Positions 28,168 through 36,190 of a stretch of DNA of 64,000 nucleotides are shown in pieces. Both the position numbers and the translations under genes were made by a program. Numbering within the stretch: the first letter of the stretch is position 1; every line of letters starts with the position of its first letter. The stretch comes from SAR202 cluster bacterium bin87. Lineage in GTDB: Bacteria; Chloroflexota; Dehalococcoidia; Lucifugimonadales; UBA3495. The notes beneath the pieces are model-generated. The model worked only from the letters and a program-made list of their open reading frames with translations, was not told where the DNA came from and made no database searches. The DNA lies in the NCBI GenBank assembly GCA_002238825.1, contig MPNC01000017.1, positions 4,324 to 68,323 on the forward strand, given 5' to 3'.

Positions 28168-29703
28168 TCAGACCAAGCGTCCTACCCTGTCGAACGGTAC
28201 CTCGGCAATGCTCCGGTAGATATCGACCACTTCGTCATTGAATTCAAACCGATTGGCGAGCGTGTCCACAACCACTTGGACTATCAGGGACGCGCATCCT
28301 ATCACCGAAGCGGGCGGAGCGTTGTTGACCGGGGCCGAGCACCCCAGTGCGGGCGTCGCGAAGTCGTTACGTCCATCACCTCCGGGGATAACAGGATATT
28401 TGGCGCCTTCCTCCCTGAGGTGGATCGGAGTATCCCCTGCCAACACTTGACGCTGCACCCGTGCCACACTGCCCCCACGGTAAAGCGCACCGGATACCAG
28501 TGGCTTTCTCCATTTCTCGGCGACCATGGCCAACGCAGGTACGAATGCATCGTTGCCAGTAGCGTCGATCACGATATCCGCGCTCGAGATGAGTTCACAT
28601 ATCCTACCGGGAGTCATCGGAGCTTCCGGAAACTCGCCAACCTCGGTCCAGGGAGCGTGCTTTTCAATCACGTGATGGACAGCTTGCACCTTGGGCTTGC
28701 CCACCTGGTCATGGCCCGCGACGTGTCTGACCACGTTCTCGGGTAAAAGTACGTCGCCGTCCACGATGTCCAAGTGGCCGAGCCCGCTTTCCGCGAGCGT
28801 GGTCCCAACGTAACCTCCCAGAGCGCCGGCCCCGAACATAGTTGCCCTGATGGTCCGCAGCACCGGCGCGTCAGGGCCCGCGCGCGCGATCAGGTTGTTT
28901 TCATCGGTTGGTCCTGGCTGCAATGCGATCGCCTCCACATCATTATTCATTCCTGCACACGCCATCACCAGCGCGTCTTTCGCTTCGTACCGCTCCCAAC
29001 AGAATAGGATGAAATCCACTCCGCCGCTGGATACGAACGGTTCAGGCCTACGCCGGTCGTCCAATTGGCGCCTTAGCGGTTTGGCTTGGGCCCGGGATAG
29101 GCACCGGAACACTTCCGAAAGCTGACGGGGCGGCGGGGTGGTCAATCGGCTCGGGTGGAACCAGAGGCCGCGCAGATGATTCGACGACCTGGCGCGCCCC
29201 GGACCCACATCGATCCTTGGTGGAGCCCGGTTCACAACACCATGCAGATCTCCCCAACCGCCTCTGTGGATGCCGAGCTCATCACGGTCGAAGGTTACAA
29301 CGATGGGCAGTTTCCTCTGAAAGTTCAGGAAAGCGTCATATCCCAAGTCATCGCCTTCCCAGCCATGCTCTGCACTCTCGCACCATTCCTCAATACGCGA
29401 GAAAAATCCCTCTGCAGTCTCCCAATCGCGGCTGGAATCTCCGTCCTGCCACATACAGACAAACCCACCAAGCGTGGAGTGGTTGGTGTCAAGGCCATCG
29501 ACGAACAGGGCCGGAGGCCGAAATGGCCATCCTTCCACGATCATGATATCCATGGTCGTTGCCGCGGTCAGGGGCGCAAACGCCTCATGGATCGGGCCGC
29601 GCCAGCGCGATTGATTCACAGCCGATACCGGAGCGAAGCCGGCCGCCTTCAGATCGCACTCGAACGCTTCTAACGACTCCATGTGGAAATGGTCGTCCGT
29701 CAT
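28168..29703 (-). CDS. cap2: CBASS Cap2-like E2/E1 fusion protein
   Basis: 511-aa ORF. The N-terminal E2-like region has HSTLGGFVCMWQDGD. The C-terminal ThiF/E1 adenylation domain has MFGAGALGGYVGTTLAESGLGHLDIVDGDVLLPENVVRH. Its start is 5 nt after the CD-NTase stop. Confidence 0.8.
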   Translation of the reverse strand: MTDDHFHMESLEAFECDLKAAGFAPVSAVNQSRWRGPIHEAFAPLTAATTMDIMIVEGWPFRPPALFVDGLDTNHSTLGGFVCMWQDGDSSRDWETAEGFFSRIEEWCESAEHGWEGDDLGYDAFLNFQRKLPIVVTFDRDELGIHRGGWGDLHGVVNRAPPRIDVGPGRARSSNHLRGLWFHPSRLTTPPPRQLSEVFRCLSRAQAKPLRRQLDDRRRPEPFVSSGGVDFILFCWERYEAKDALVMACAGMNNDVEAIALQPGPTDENNLIARAGPDAPVLRTIRATMFGAGALGGYVGTTLAESGLGHLDIVDGDVLLPENVVRHVAGHDQVGKPKVQAVHHVIEKHAPWTEVGEFPEAPMTPGRICELISSADIVIDATGNDAFVPALAMVAEKWRKPLVSGALYRGGSVARVQRQVLAGDTPIHLREEGAKYPVIPGGDGRNDFATPALGCSAPVNNAPPASVIGCASLIVQVVVDTLANRFEFNDEVVDIYRSIAEVPFDRVGRLV

Positions 29704-29708
29704 GGCGC

Positions 29709-30743
29709 TTATCCGAACCTGCGCGCCTCATTCGGCCGCTGGGCTACCGGTGTGGAACCAGCACCAGCTGCGGCGGTGCGGGCGCTACGCCCCGAGCCTT
29801 GGCCAGCACGGTTTCCGCTCCCGACCGCGTTGGATCCTCCACCACCAGAACTCCCGCCTTTGCCGAAGCTATCGCCGAACAGTTCCTGCCAGATCTTGAT
29901 GGCCTTCTCAGCCGAAGGCTCAGCTTTCGCTCGCTTCGCGGTTCCCGCGTAAGACTGGACTCGGTTCCTGAAGTTGGCGTATTTACGCTGGTCCCAGTGC
30001 CGGTTGAAGTTCTCCGTCGGCAGCACCGGATTCTTGATCTCCGGCATATTGGGGTGCTGCTGCAGGTAGTTGTCCATCCGGGACAGGACGGTCTCCAGCG
30101 TGTCGGCCACCGTGCTCACCGCCGCGGTTCCTTTATCGGACGCCTTGATAGTGTTGCCGGCCAGGGTGGTCAGGAGAATCGACTTGGCGGTAAAGCTGTT
30201 CTTGTGGTCCCGAAGGTGCTTGAGCAACCTGACCACTCGCTTCAGATTGCCACCGGTGATGCGATTCTTTTCGTTGAACCAGTCGCGGTATCCGGTACCG
30301 TCAGTTTCTTCGAATTTGTTGTCAACCCGGTTGCAGACGTAGTGCTTACCACCGCTGGTCACCCGGGGTACTGTGTCGAGGTGAAAATCGCCGGCGTAGT
30401 CGACGGTCACGCACCTGGTCTTGAGCCTGAGCTTGTCGACGTAGTTCTTGTTACCAGCCAGCGTCTTGTTAATCGCGTGGACGTAGTCTTTGGCTTCCCA
30501 CTTGGGGTTCGGGTTCATCACGATCTGGATGTCGGCATCATACTCATCGTTGTCGTCCACCGGCTTGATGAGTGTACCCAGGGCATAGGACCCCTGCTTG
30601 TCCATTGTTTGGTACCCAGGCAGGTTGTCCTTGAGATAGTCGTTCACCGCGCCCACGGATGTTTCCAGTCGGTCCAGCCGGCTCTGATTTAGGTTCACCT
30701 CATCCCTGAGAAACTCGGCGAACTGCTGAATATTCTTGGTCAA
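29709..30743 (-). CDS. CD-NTase (SMODS-type cGAS/DncV-like nucleotidyltransferase) with a long Gly-terminated tail
   Basis: 344-aa ORF with a TTG start after AAGGAG. It has QGSYALGTLIKP...EYDADIQIV and DFHLDTVPR (GS / DxD / third-Asp pattern). About 50 residues of G/S/A-rich tail end in ...EARRFG*. Confidence 0.8.
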   Translation of the reverse strand: MTKNIQQFAEFLRDEVNLNQSRLDRLETSVGAVNDYLKDNLPGYQTMDKQGSYALGTLIKPVDDNDEYDADIQIVMNPNPKWEAKDYVHAINKTLAGNKNYVDKLRLKTRCVTVDYAGDFHLDTVPRVTSGGKHYVCNRVDNKFEETDGTGYRDWFNEKNRITGGNLKRVVRLLKHLRDHKNSFTAKSILLTTLAGNTIKASDKGTAAVSTVADTLETVLSRMDNYLQQHPNMPEIKNPVLPTENFNRHWDQRKYANFRNRVQSYAGTAKRAKAEPSAEKAIKIWQELFGDSFGKGGSSGGGGSNAVGSGNRAGQGSGRSARTAAAGAGSTPVAQRPNEARRFG

Positions 30744-30761
30744 TGTCCTTACTCCTTACAG

Positions 30762-31793
30762 TTATGCCAACGCCGTGAATGGCGCCGAAATGTGAGTTAA
30801 AAACGCCGCCGAAATCCGGTCGGCGTACTGCTCCGCGACGGCGCATGCTTCATCCGGCAGCAACCGTCTGGCCTTCTCCCAATCGTCCAGATCGACGCGC
30901 TCGGCTCCTTCCAGTCGATCCAGACGCGTAACCTTGTCGCGACCGATCAGCAGCCCAGCCTGATTGACCGCGGTGAGGGACTGGTAGTGCATGGCCACGT
31001 AGATGATCTCACGCCATTGAAACTGCCCGGCTCCGGCCGCCTGCTTGCTGCCAATCCGAAAACCGTCCTGTCCGCACCCGATGCTCAGGATCGCGATGTT
31101 CTCCCGTTGTACCGTGAAGCAGGTCAGAGCTTCGACCAAACCCATCATGGTCGGATTGTTAGCCCAGATGCCCCCGTCCAGGAGGATGTACCCATCTTGA
31201 ACCACCGGCTTCAGGTAGGTAGGAGCTGCCGAAGTCGCGGCCGCCACCTCGGCCATGGGCTTGTCGCCGTCCAGGAAATACCCGGGATGGTGGGGAGTCT
31301 TATACACCGCGGGGTCTCCATGCTTGGCCTCGGTCGCCGGTATCAGCAACCGATATCTGGATTCCCGAAGGGTTATCTCCCCCAGAGTCTCACGAAGCAG
31401 TTCATCCAGGGCGGCCCGATCGTATCGATTGCGCGACAACCGACTCAGTAATCGCTGACCGCTCGCACGTTGCTCCGGAGGAAACACACGGTGGCCCTCG
31501 TTGACGTACAGATCCAGCAGAGAGCGCGCCGTCAGTCCAGCGCCCAACCCCAGGGCTATGATCCCACCGGTCGAGGTGCCGGCAATCAGGTCGAAGTAGT
31601 CGCCGATTGGCTGACCGTCAAGGCAGTTCTCCTCCAGATAGGCCAGGATCGCCACCGGGAAAATGCCCTTGATGCCGCCGCCATCAATCGACAGGATCCT
31701 GAATGTGGCGTCGTCGGGCCAAGGCAATGGTTCCCGACGGGTCTGCAGGATCGTAGCCGACCTGCGTGCTGGTTTATCGCGCTCTGCATTCAT
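30762..31793 (-). CDS. capV: patatin-like phospholipase effector
   Basis: 343-aa ORF with ILSIDGGGIKG, the nucleophile motif AGTSTGG, and DGGIWANNP. Confidence 0.85.
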   Translation of the reverse strand: MNAERDKPARRSATILQTRREPLPWPDDATFRILSIDGGGIKGIFPVAILAYLEENCLDGQPIGDYFDLIAGTSTGGIIALGLGAGLTARSLLDLYVNEGHRVFPPEQRASGQRLLSRLSRNRYDRAALDELLRETLGEITLRESRYRLLIPATEAKHGDPAVYKTPHHPGYFLDGDKPMAEVAAATSAAPTYLKPVVQDGYILLDGGIWANNPTMMGLVEALTCFTVQRENIAILSIGCGQDGFRIGSKQAAGAGQFQWREIIYVAMHYQSLTAVNQAGLLIGRDKVTRLDRLEGAERVDLDDWEKARRLLPDEACAVAEQYADRISAAFLTHISAPFTALA

Positions 31794-31817
31794 GACATAA
31801 AAACCGAAATCAGCGGA

Positions 31818-31833
31818 TACGCTAATCAGCGTA
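31818..31833. promoter_or_regulatory. 16-bp palindrome in the capP-capV intergenic spacer, candidate operator
   Basis: TACGCT-aatc-AGCGTA lies within the 67-nt gap upstream of capV. Confidence 0.3.
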
Positions 31834-31860
31834 GCACAGCCCGCAAAAAATGCAAGCCAC

Positions 31861-32598
31861 TTACTTCAATCCCAGCGACCGTTCCTCAGGCCTGTCCGTC
31901 AGGTATCCCAACTGCGCCAGCCTCACCCTCGCCGCATCATTCGAGACTTCAAACTGGCCCGCTATCCTGGCGATGAGATCTGCCCCTTTGACAGACGCGG
32001 TTGGAACTGACCCAAAAGTACCCCATGCGTCAAAGGTCATCTGGACCAACCGTCCGAGTCGCGTGACCGGCATCAGGATGGCTCCCGATACGTACCCGGC
32101 CTGCCACTCCATCCAATCGACGCCGGATCCCCCGCTGTCTCCCGGCCTTTTACACCTGGGCCCGGGCGCTTCCTCCTCATCCGGGAAAAGCCTGGGCTGA
32201 TCGAATGGCCACAACCTCGCGTGCAACTTCACGTGGCCGAACTCGTGGGTGAGGGTCGTCCGCAACCGGTGTTCCCGGTGGCTTGCATCGGCCAGCTCCT
32301 GGGAGATTTTCACCACGGGTTTCTGGTCAGGATAAAACAGGGTCAGCCCCTGTACCTCCTCACCCTCCTCGCCTTCCTCACTGAGGTCGGCGTACTGGTC
32401 CAAGTCGGACGTATCACATTCGATCATGACGGTCAGGTCCTGAGTCGACACCGGGAACTCAGCCTTCCCGTACGTCTCCAGCAGGAAGCCAACGATCCAT
32501 TCCTCGCTCAGGCTATCCAGCTCCTCCTGACGATAATAAGGCCGCTCCGGAAAGCGGCCCGTCCGATCTTTGATCCATCTGATCGAGTTAGCGCTCAT
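31861..32598 (-). CDS. capP: ImmA/IrrE-family Zn metallopeptidase (CapP-like)
   Basis: 245-aa ORF with the HExxH motif (LTHEFGHVKLH). Its ATG overlaps the stop of the HTH gene (ATGA). Confidence 0.75.
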   Translation of the reverse strand: MSANSIRWIKDRTGRFPERPYYRQEELDSLSEEWIVGFLLETYGKAEFPVSTQDLTVMIECDTSDLDQYADLSEEGEEGEEVQGLTLFYPDQKPVVKISQELADASHREHRLRTTLTHEFGHVKLHARLWPFDQPRLFPDEEEAPGPRCKRPGDSGGSGVDWMEWQAGYVSGAILMPVTRLGRLVQMTFDAWGTFGSVPTASVKGADLIARIAGQFEVSNDAARVRLAQLGYLTDRPEERSLGLK

Positions 32599-32912
32599 CG
32601 GCTCCGGCCACTCAGGTTGCGCCGGAAGGCCTTCATGGCAGTTGTGATGCCTTCCCGGTCACGCGACATCTCGAGCATATCCGAGGGGAACCTCCCCGCC
32701 AGAAAGAGCAGATAGTCCAAGTCCAAGTCCAAGGTATCCGCCAACTGGCGAACGATATGTTCGCTGGGAGGATTGCGCCGGTCATGCTCAATATCGTTCA
32801 GATATTGAGCCGAGATGGCCTGGCCGTCCTCCTTCAAGGTTTCGGCCGCTACCTGCTTCTGGCTCAGTTTTCTGTCCTTGCGGGCCTGTGTGATTGCTTC
32901 TCCGAATGTCAT
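32595..32912 (-). CDS. capH: XRE-family HTH regulator (CapH-like)
   Basis: 105-aa ORF with LSQKQVAAETLKEDGQAISAQYLNDIEHDRRNPP. It is paired with the metallopeptidase directly upstream of CBASS. Confidence 0.75.
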   Translation of the reverse strand: MTFGEAITQARKDRKLSQKQVAAETLKEDGQAISAQYLNDIEHDRRNPPSEHIVRQLADTLDLDLDYLLFLAGRFPSDMLEMSRDREGITTAMKAFRRNLSGRSR

Positions 32913-33209
32913 AACGCCCGCTCCTCAATGCTGGTTCCACCACACCGCACCCCCGCAGTGGGACACTGGCAACCGTGATCTACATAGAGCGTAACACCTG
33001 CCCGGAGGGCGGTGTGCAACCTCCCAACACAACCGGTCAGTGGCATTCGAGACCTCTCCTGCCCGTCGATGTATTGCTACTGAACACGACGAGCGCCTCA
33101 CCATCACGATTGCCGCCAAGAATACCAACGGGGTGGATTCACGTAAAGACCGATCCCGCCCGCCAGCCCTGTCATCCCAACCAACTACAGCGCCGGTATC
33201 GCACGCGGA

Positions 33210-36170
33210 TTATCGGGAGCTGTCCCCGAACAGTTCCTGCCAGAGTTTGACGGCCTCCTCAGCCGAGGGCTTGGCTTTCGCCTGCTGCGCCGTCTGTGCG
33301 TACGATTGGATCCGGTCCCTGAAATTGGCGTACCTCCGCTGGTCCCAGTACCGGTTGAAGTTCTCCGTAGGCAGCACCGGATTCTTGATCTCCGGCAAAT
33401 TGGGATGCTGTTGCAGGTAATCGTTCATCCGGGAGAGGACGGTCTCCAGCGTGTCGGCCACCGTGCTCACCGCCGCGGTTCCTTTATCAGACTCCCGAAT
33501 CATGTTGCCGGAGAGAGTCGTCAACATGATCGACTTGGCGGTGAAACTGCTCTTGTGGTCCCGGAGGTATTTGAGCAGTCTGACCACTCGCTTCAGGTTG
33601 CCGCCTGTGATGAGATCCTTTTCATTGAACCAGTCGCGGTACCTATTACCGTCCGTCTCCTCGAACTTGTTGTCGATCCGGTTGCAGACGTAATGCTTAC
33701 CTTCGATGGTCACCCGAGGAACCACATCCAGGTGAAAGTCGCCGGCGTAAGCGACCGTTACGCACCTGGTCTTGAGCCGGAGCTTATCGGCATACGTCTT
33801 GTTGCCAGCCAAGGTACGGTTGATCGCGAGGACATAGTCCTTCGGTTCCCACTTAGGATGCAGGTCCATCACGATTTGGATATCGGCATCATACTCATCG
33901 CCGCCGTCCACCGGCTTGATGAGCGTATCCAGGGCGTAAGAGCCCTGCCTCTCCATCTTCTGGTATCCGGTCAGGTTGTCTTTAAGGTAGCCGTTCACCG
34001 CTCCCACGGCAGTTCCCAATCGGTCCAGACGGCTCTGGTTGAGATTCACTTCGTTCTGCAGTTTCCTGGACGTCAACTCGGCACTACTAGTTGCCTCCCT
34101 CAACAGCATATCGAAGCTGATCCCAGCCAAATCGCGCCGAACATCTTTCGCAACCGCATGCACTTCCTTGGCGACGTGCGTCTCCTGGCCTTGCTCTTGC
34201 TGCAGAGCGGTAATCAAGGGCAGCAGCAAACCTGCCGCCGGTGATGCCTGTATGAGTTCCAGAGCGCGGGCCACACCGAATATCACAGACAATTGTGTCA
34301 ATGCCTGGATGAAACCCGGGCGGAGTTCGCCCTCTTTGGCCAAACAGCCCAGCAACAAAGAGAAATCGTTCTCAGTAAGGTTTTTCCCTTGGAGGAGGAG
34401 GGCAGCCGCCTTGGACAACAGTGCGCTGGTCACTTTCCCAACCATGCTCTTCGCATTATCAGAGGCGAACCTCTCCACGACTGCGTCAAAAACGACCGCC
34501 GCTTCGCTTGGGTTTTGGTTCTGCATCAGAGCCAACCCCTTACGATGCATCGTGTCAGCTACCAGTTCGCTGAGTTCAGTGGTTGGCACGGTGGCCAAAC
34601 AGTCCAAAGCTTGGTCATACGCGTAAACAGCTTCAGATGCATTCCCGAGTTGAGACCACGCCCTTCCTTTGCTATCCAACGCTGTTCCGAGCATGACGAC
34701 CACCGCAGGGTCTCTGCTCGTTCCAAAGGTGACCAGCATTTGGTCGCACGCGCCGATGCCCTCAAGATACCGGCCCGCCCAGTTCAACCGCAGGACCTTG
34801 TTCAACAAAGCCACAGCCGCCTGGTGCCGATCACCTGTCACCTGGGACATCCGCAACCTATCTGCAACCTGCTCAAAGATGGCGACGGCTTCATTATCAT
34901 GACCAATATCGGCCAAGAGTTGCGCTTTTTGGATCAACACCTGGGCTACCGGCTCTTGAACGTCAGCCGTTTCAAGGCGGGATTCCCGGTAGATGTCCGC
35001 GACAATATCCCACAGATCTGCCGGTGAATAGAGGCAAGCCATGAAGTCTATAAGCGCTTCAACCACCTGACTGGACCCGCTGTCCCTTCGCAACAGATAG
35101 TAGATGTTGTAAAGCCGCTCGCTCAGGTAGTACTGCCGGCGCCGAGGCGTTCCCCCGACGACGACTACAGCCCCCCGTTCCATTAAGCGCGCCAACAAGG
35201 CGCTGCACTTGTTGATATCGAGACGAGACTGATCGGCAACCTCTCTGGCGGTAGCAGGTTTCCATAACCTGGCCAAGGAGAGATAAACCCGGCGCTCCAG
35301 TGCCGGCAACGATTCCAGGTGGCTCTTGAAATACTCCGTGTGGTCGTCAACCAGGTCCAGCAGATTGCTTTTTAGTTCACCGAACGACCGGCCGACGCCA
35401 AAAAGAGCGATGATAGTAAGCAATCTGGGATTGCCTCCGGTGAGGATCTCCAGGGGCCTGACCGCCAGGGTTGTGGACGGTTGTCCGCTGACAGCCTCCC
35501 ACAGGGCCACGCATTCTGGTGTATCCAGGGGATGTAGTGTGATTACCCGAAACAGATCGTATAGCGCATGATCGGGATGGTCGATTTCGTCGAACCGGCT
35601 GGTGGCGCTGCCCAGCAGGACAATGCGAGGCTCCGTCTGCAGGGTGTGGCGCAACCGCCATCCCGCGTCAGGATCATCCATGTCGGCGAACAGCATATTC
35701 AGGTTTTCCACCACCAACACGACCCGTTTCCCGTGGCGGTCCGCGAAATCCAGAACCGACCCCAGGCAGCGGTCGGCCAGGTCCCGGTCATTCCCGGTGG
35801 TCCTGAGGTCATCATAGGACAGGCGCAAATCGGCGCGCTCGTCGTCCGGAGCCTGCTCCACCAAACGGCCCACGCACTCCAACCAGAATTCCCCAATGGT
35901 GGAGATCTCGTAACTCTCCTCCGCGAACACGATGGGGTAGAATCCCTCCAGCGCGCCATCCCGGCGCGCCTCAGCCGCCACGCGTAGCAGCAAGTGGGTT
36001 TTTCCGCTGCCTCGCGGTCCGATCACCAATGCGTGGGCGTTGGATTGGCCGGTACTCGCGCGCAGGCATTCCAAGAGCGACTCGAACTCGCCGGTGCGCA
36101 CGCAGAACGACGCTACGATCTCATCGTCGGTGAGGAAGCCAGGGTTGTATTTCTTGACGCCGACTGCCAT
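33210..36170 (-). CDS. fusion protein: STAND/ORC-like P-loop ATPase + wHTH + TPR-like repeats + C-terminal CD-NTase (SMODS) domain
   Basis: The ORF is open to 36242. The likely start MAVGVKKYNPGF at 36170 is preceded by GGGGGA. It has Walker A VIGPRGSGKTHLLL and Walker B-like RVVLVVENLN. The last 280 aa are colinear with, and very similar to, the 29709-30743 CD-NTase (QGSYALDT...EYDADIQIV...DFHLDVVPR). Confidence 0.8.
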   Translation of the reverse strand: MAVGVKKYNPGFLTDDEIVASFCVRTGEFESLLECLRASTGQSNAHALVIGPRGSGKTHLLLRVAAEARRDGALEGFYPIVFAEESYEISTIGEFWLECVGRLVEQAPDDERADLRLSYDDLRTTGNDRDLADRCLGSVLDFADRHGKRVVLVVENLNMLFADMDDPDAGWRLRHTLQTEPRIVLLGSATSRFDEIDHPDHALYDLFRVITLHPLDTPECVALWEAVSGQPSTTLAVRPLEILTGGNPRLLTIIALFGVGRSFGELKSNLLDLVDDHTEYFKSHLESLPALERRVYLSLARLWKPATAREVADQSRLDINKCSALLARLMERGAVVVVGGTPRRRQYYLSERLYNIYYLLRRDSGSSQVVEALIDFMACLYSPADLWDIVADIYRESRLETADVQEPVAQVLIQKAQLLADIGHDNEAVAIFEQVADRLRMSQVTGDRHQAAVALLNKVLRLNWAGRYLEGIGACDQMLVTFGTSRDPAVVVMLGTALDSKGRAWSQLGNASEAVYAYDQALDCLATVPTTELSELVADTMHRKGLALMQNQNPSEAAVVFDAVVERFASDNAKSMVGKVTSALLSKAAALLLQGKNLTENDFSLLLGCLAKEGELRPGFIQALTQLSVIFGVARALELIQASPAAGLLLPLITALQQEQGQETHVAKEVHAVAKDVRRDLAGISFDMLLREATSSAELTSRKLQNEVNLNQSRLDRLGTAVGAVNGYLKDNLTGYQKMERQGSYALDTLIKPVDGGDEYDADIQIVMDLHPKWEPKDYVLAINRTLAGNKTYADKLRLKTRCVTVAYAGDFHLDVVPRVTIEGKHYVCNRIDNKFEETDGNRYRDWFNEKDLITGGNLKRVVRLLKYLRDHKSSFTAKSIMLTTLSGNMIRESDKGTAAVSTVADTLETVLSRMNDYLQQHPNLPEIKNPVLPTENFNRYWDQRRYANFRDRIQSYAQTAQQAKAKPSAEEAVKLWQELFGDSSR

Positions 36171-36190
36171 TGCGGTCCCCCATTCCTGAT

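Noticed and set aside
29559-30692. 377-aa plus-strand ORF, and its twin at 33306-34244
   Set aside because: Both are antisense to the two CD-NTase copies. They are similar to each other only because the coding strands are paralogous.
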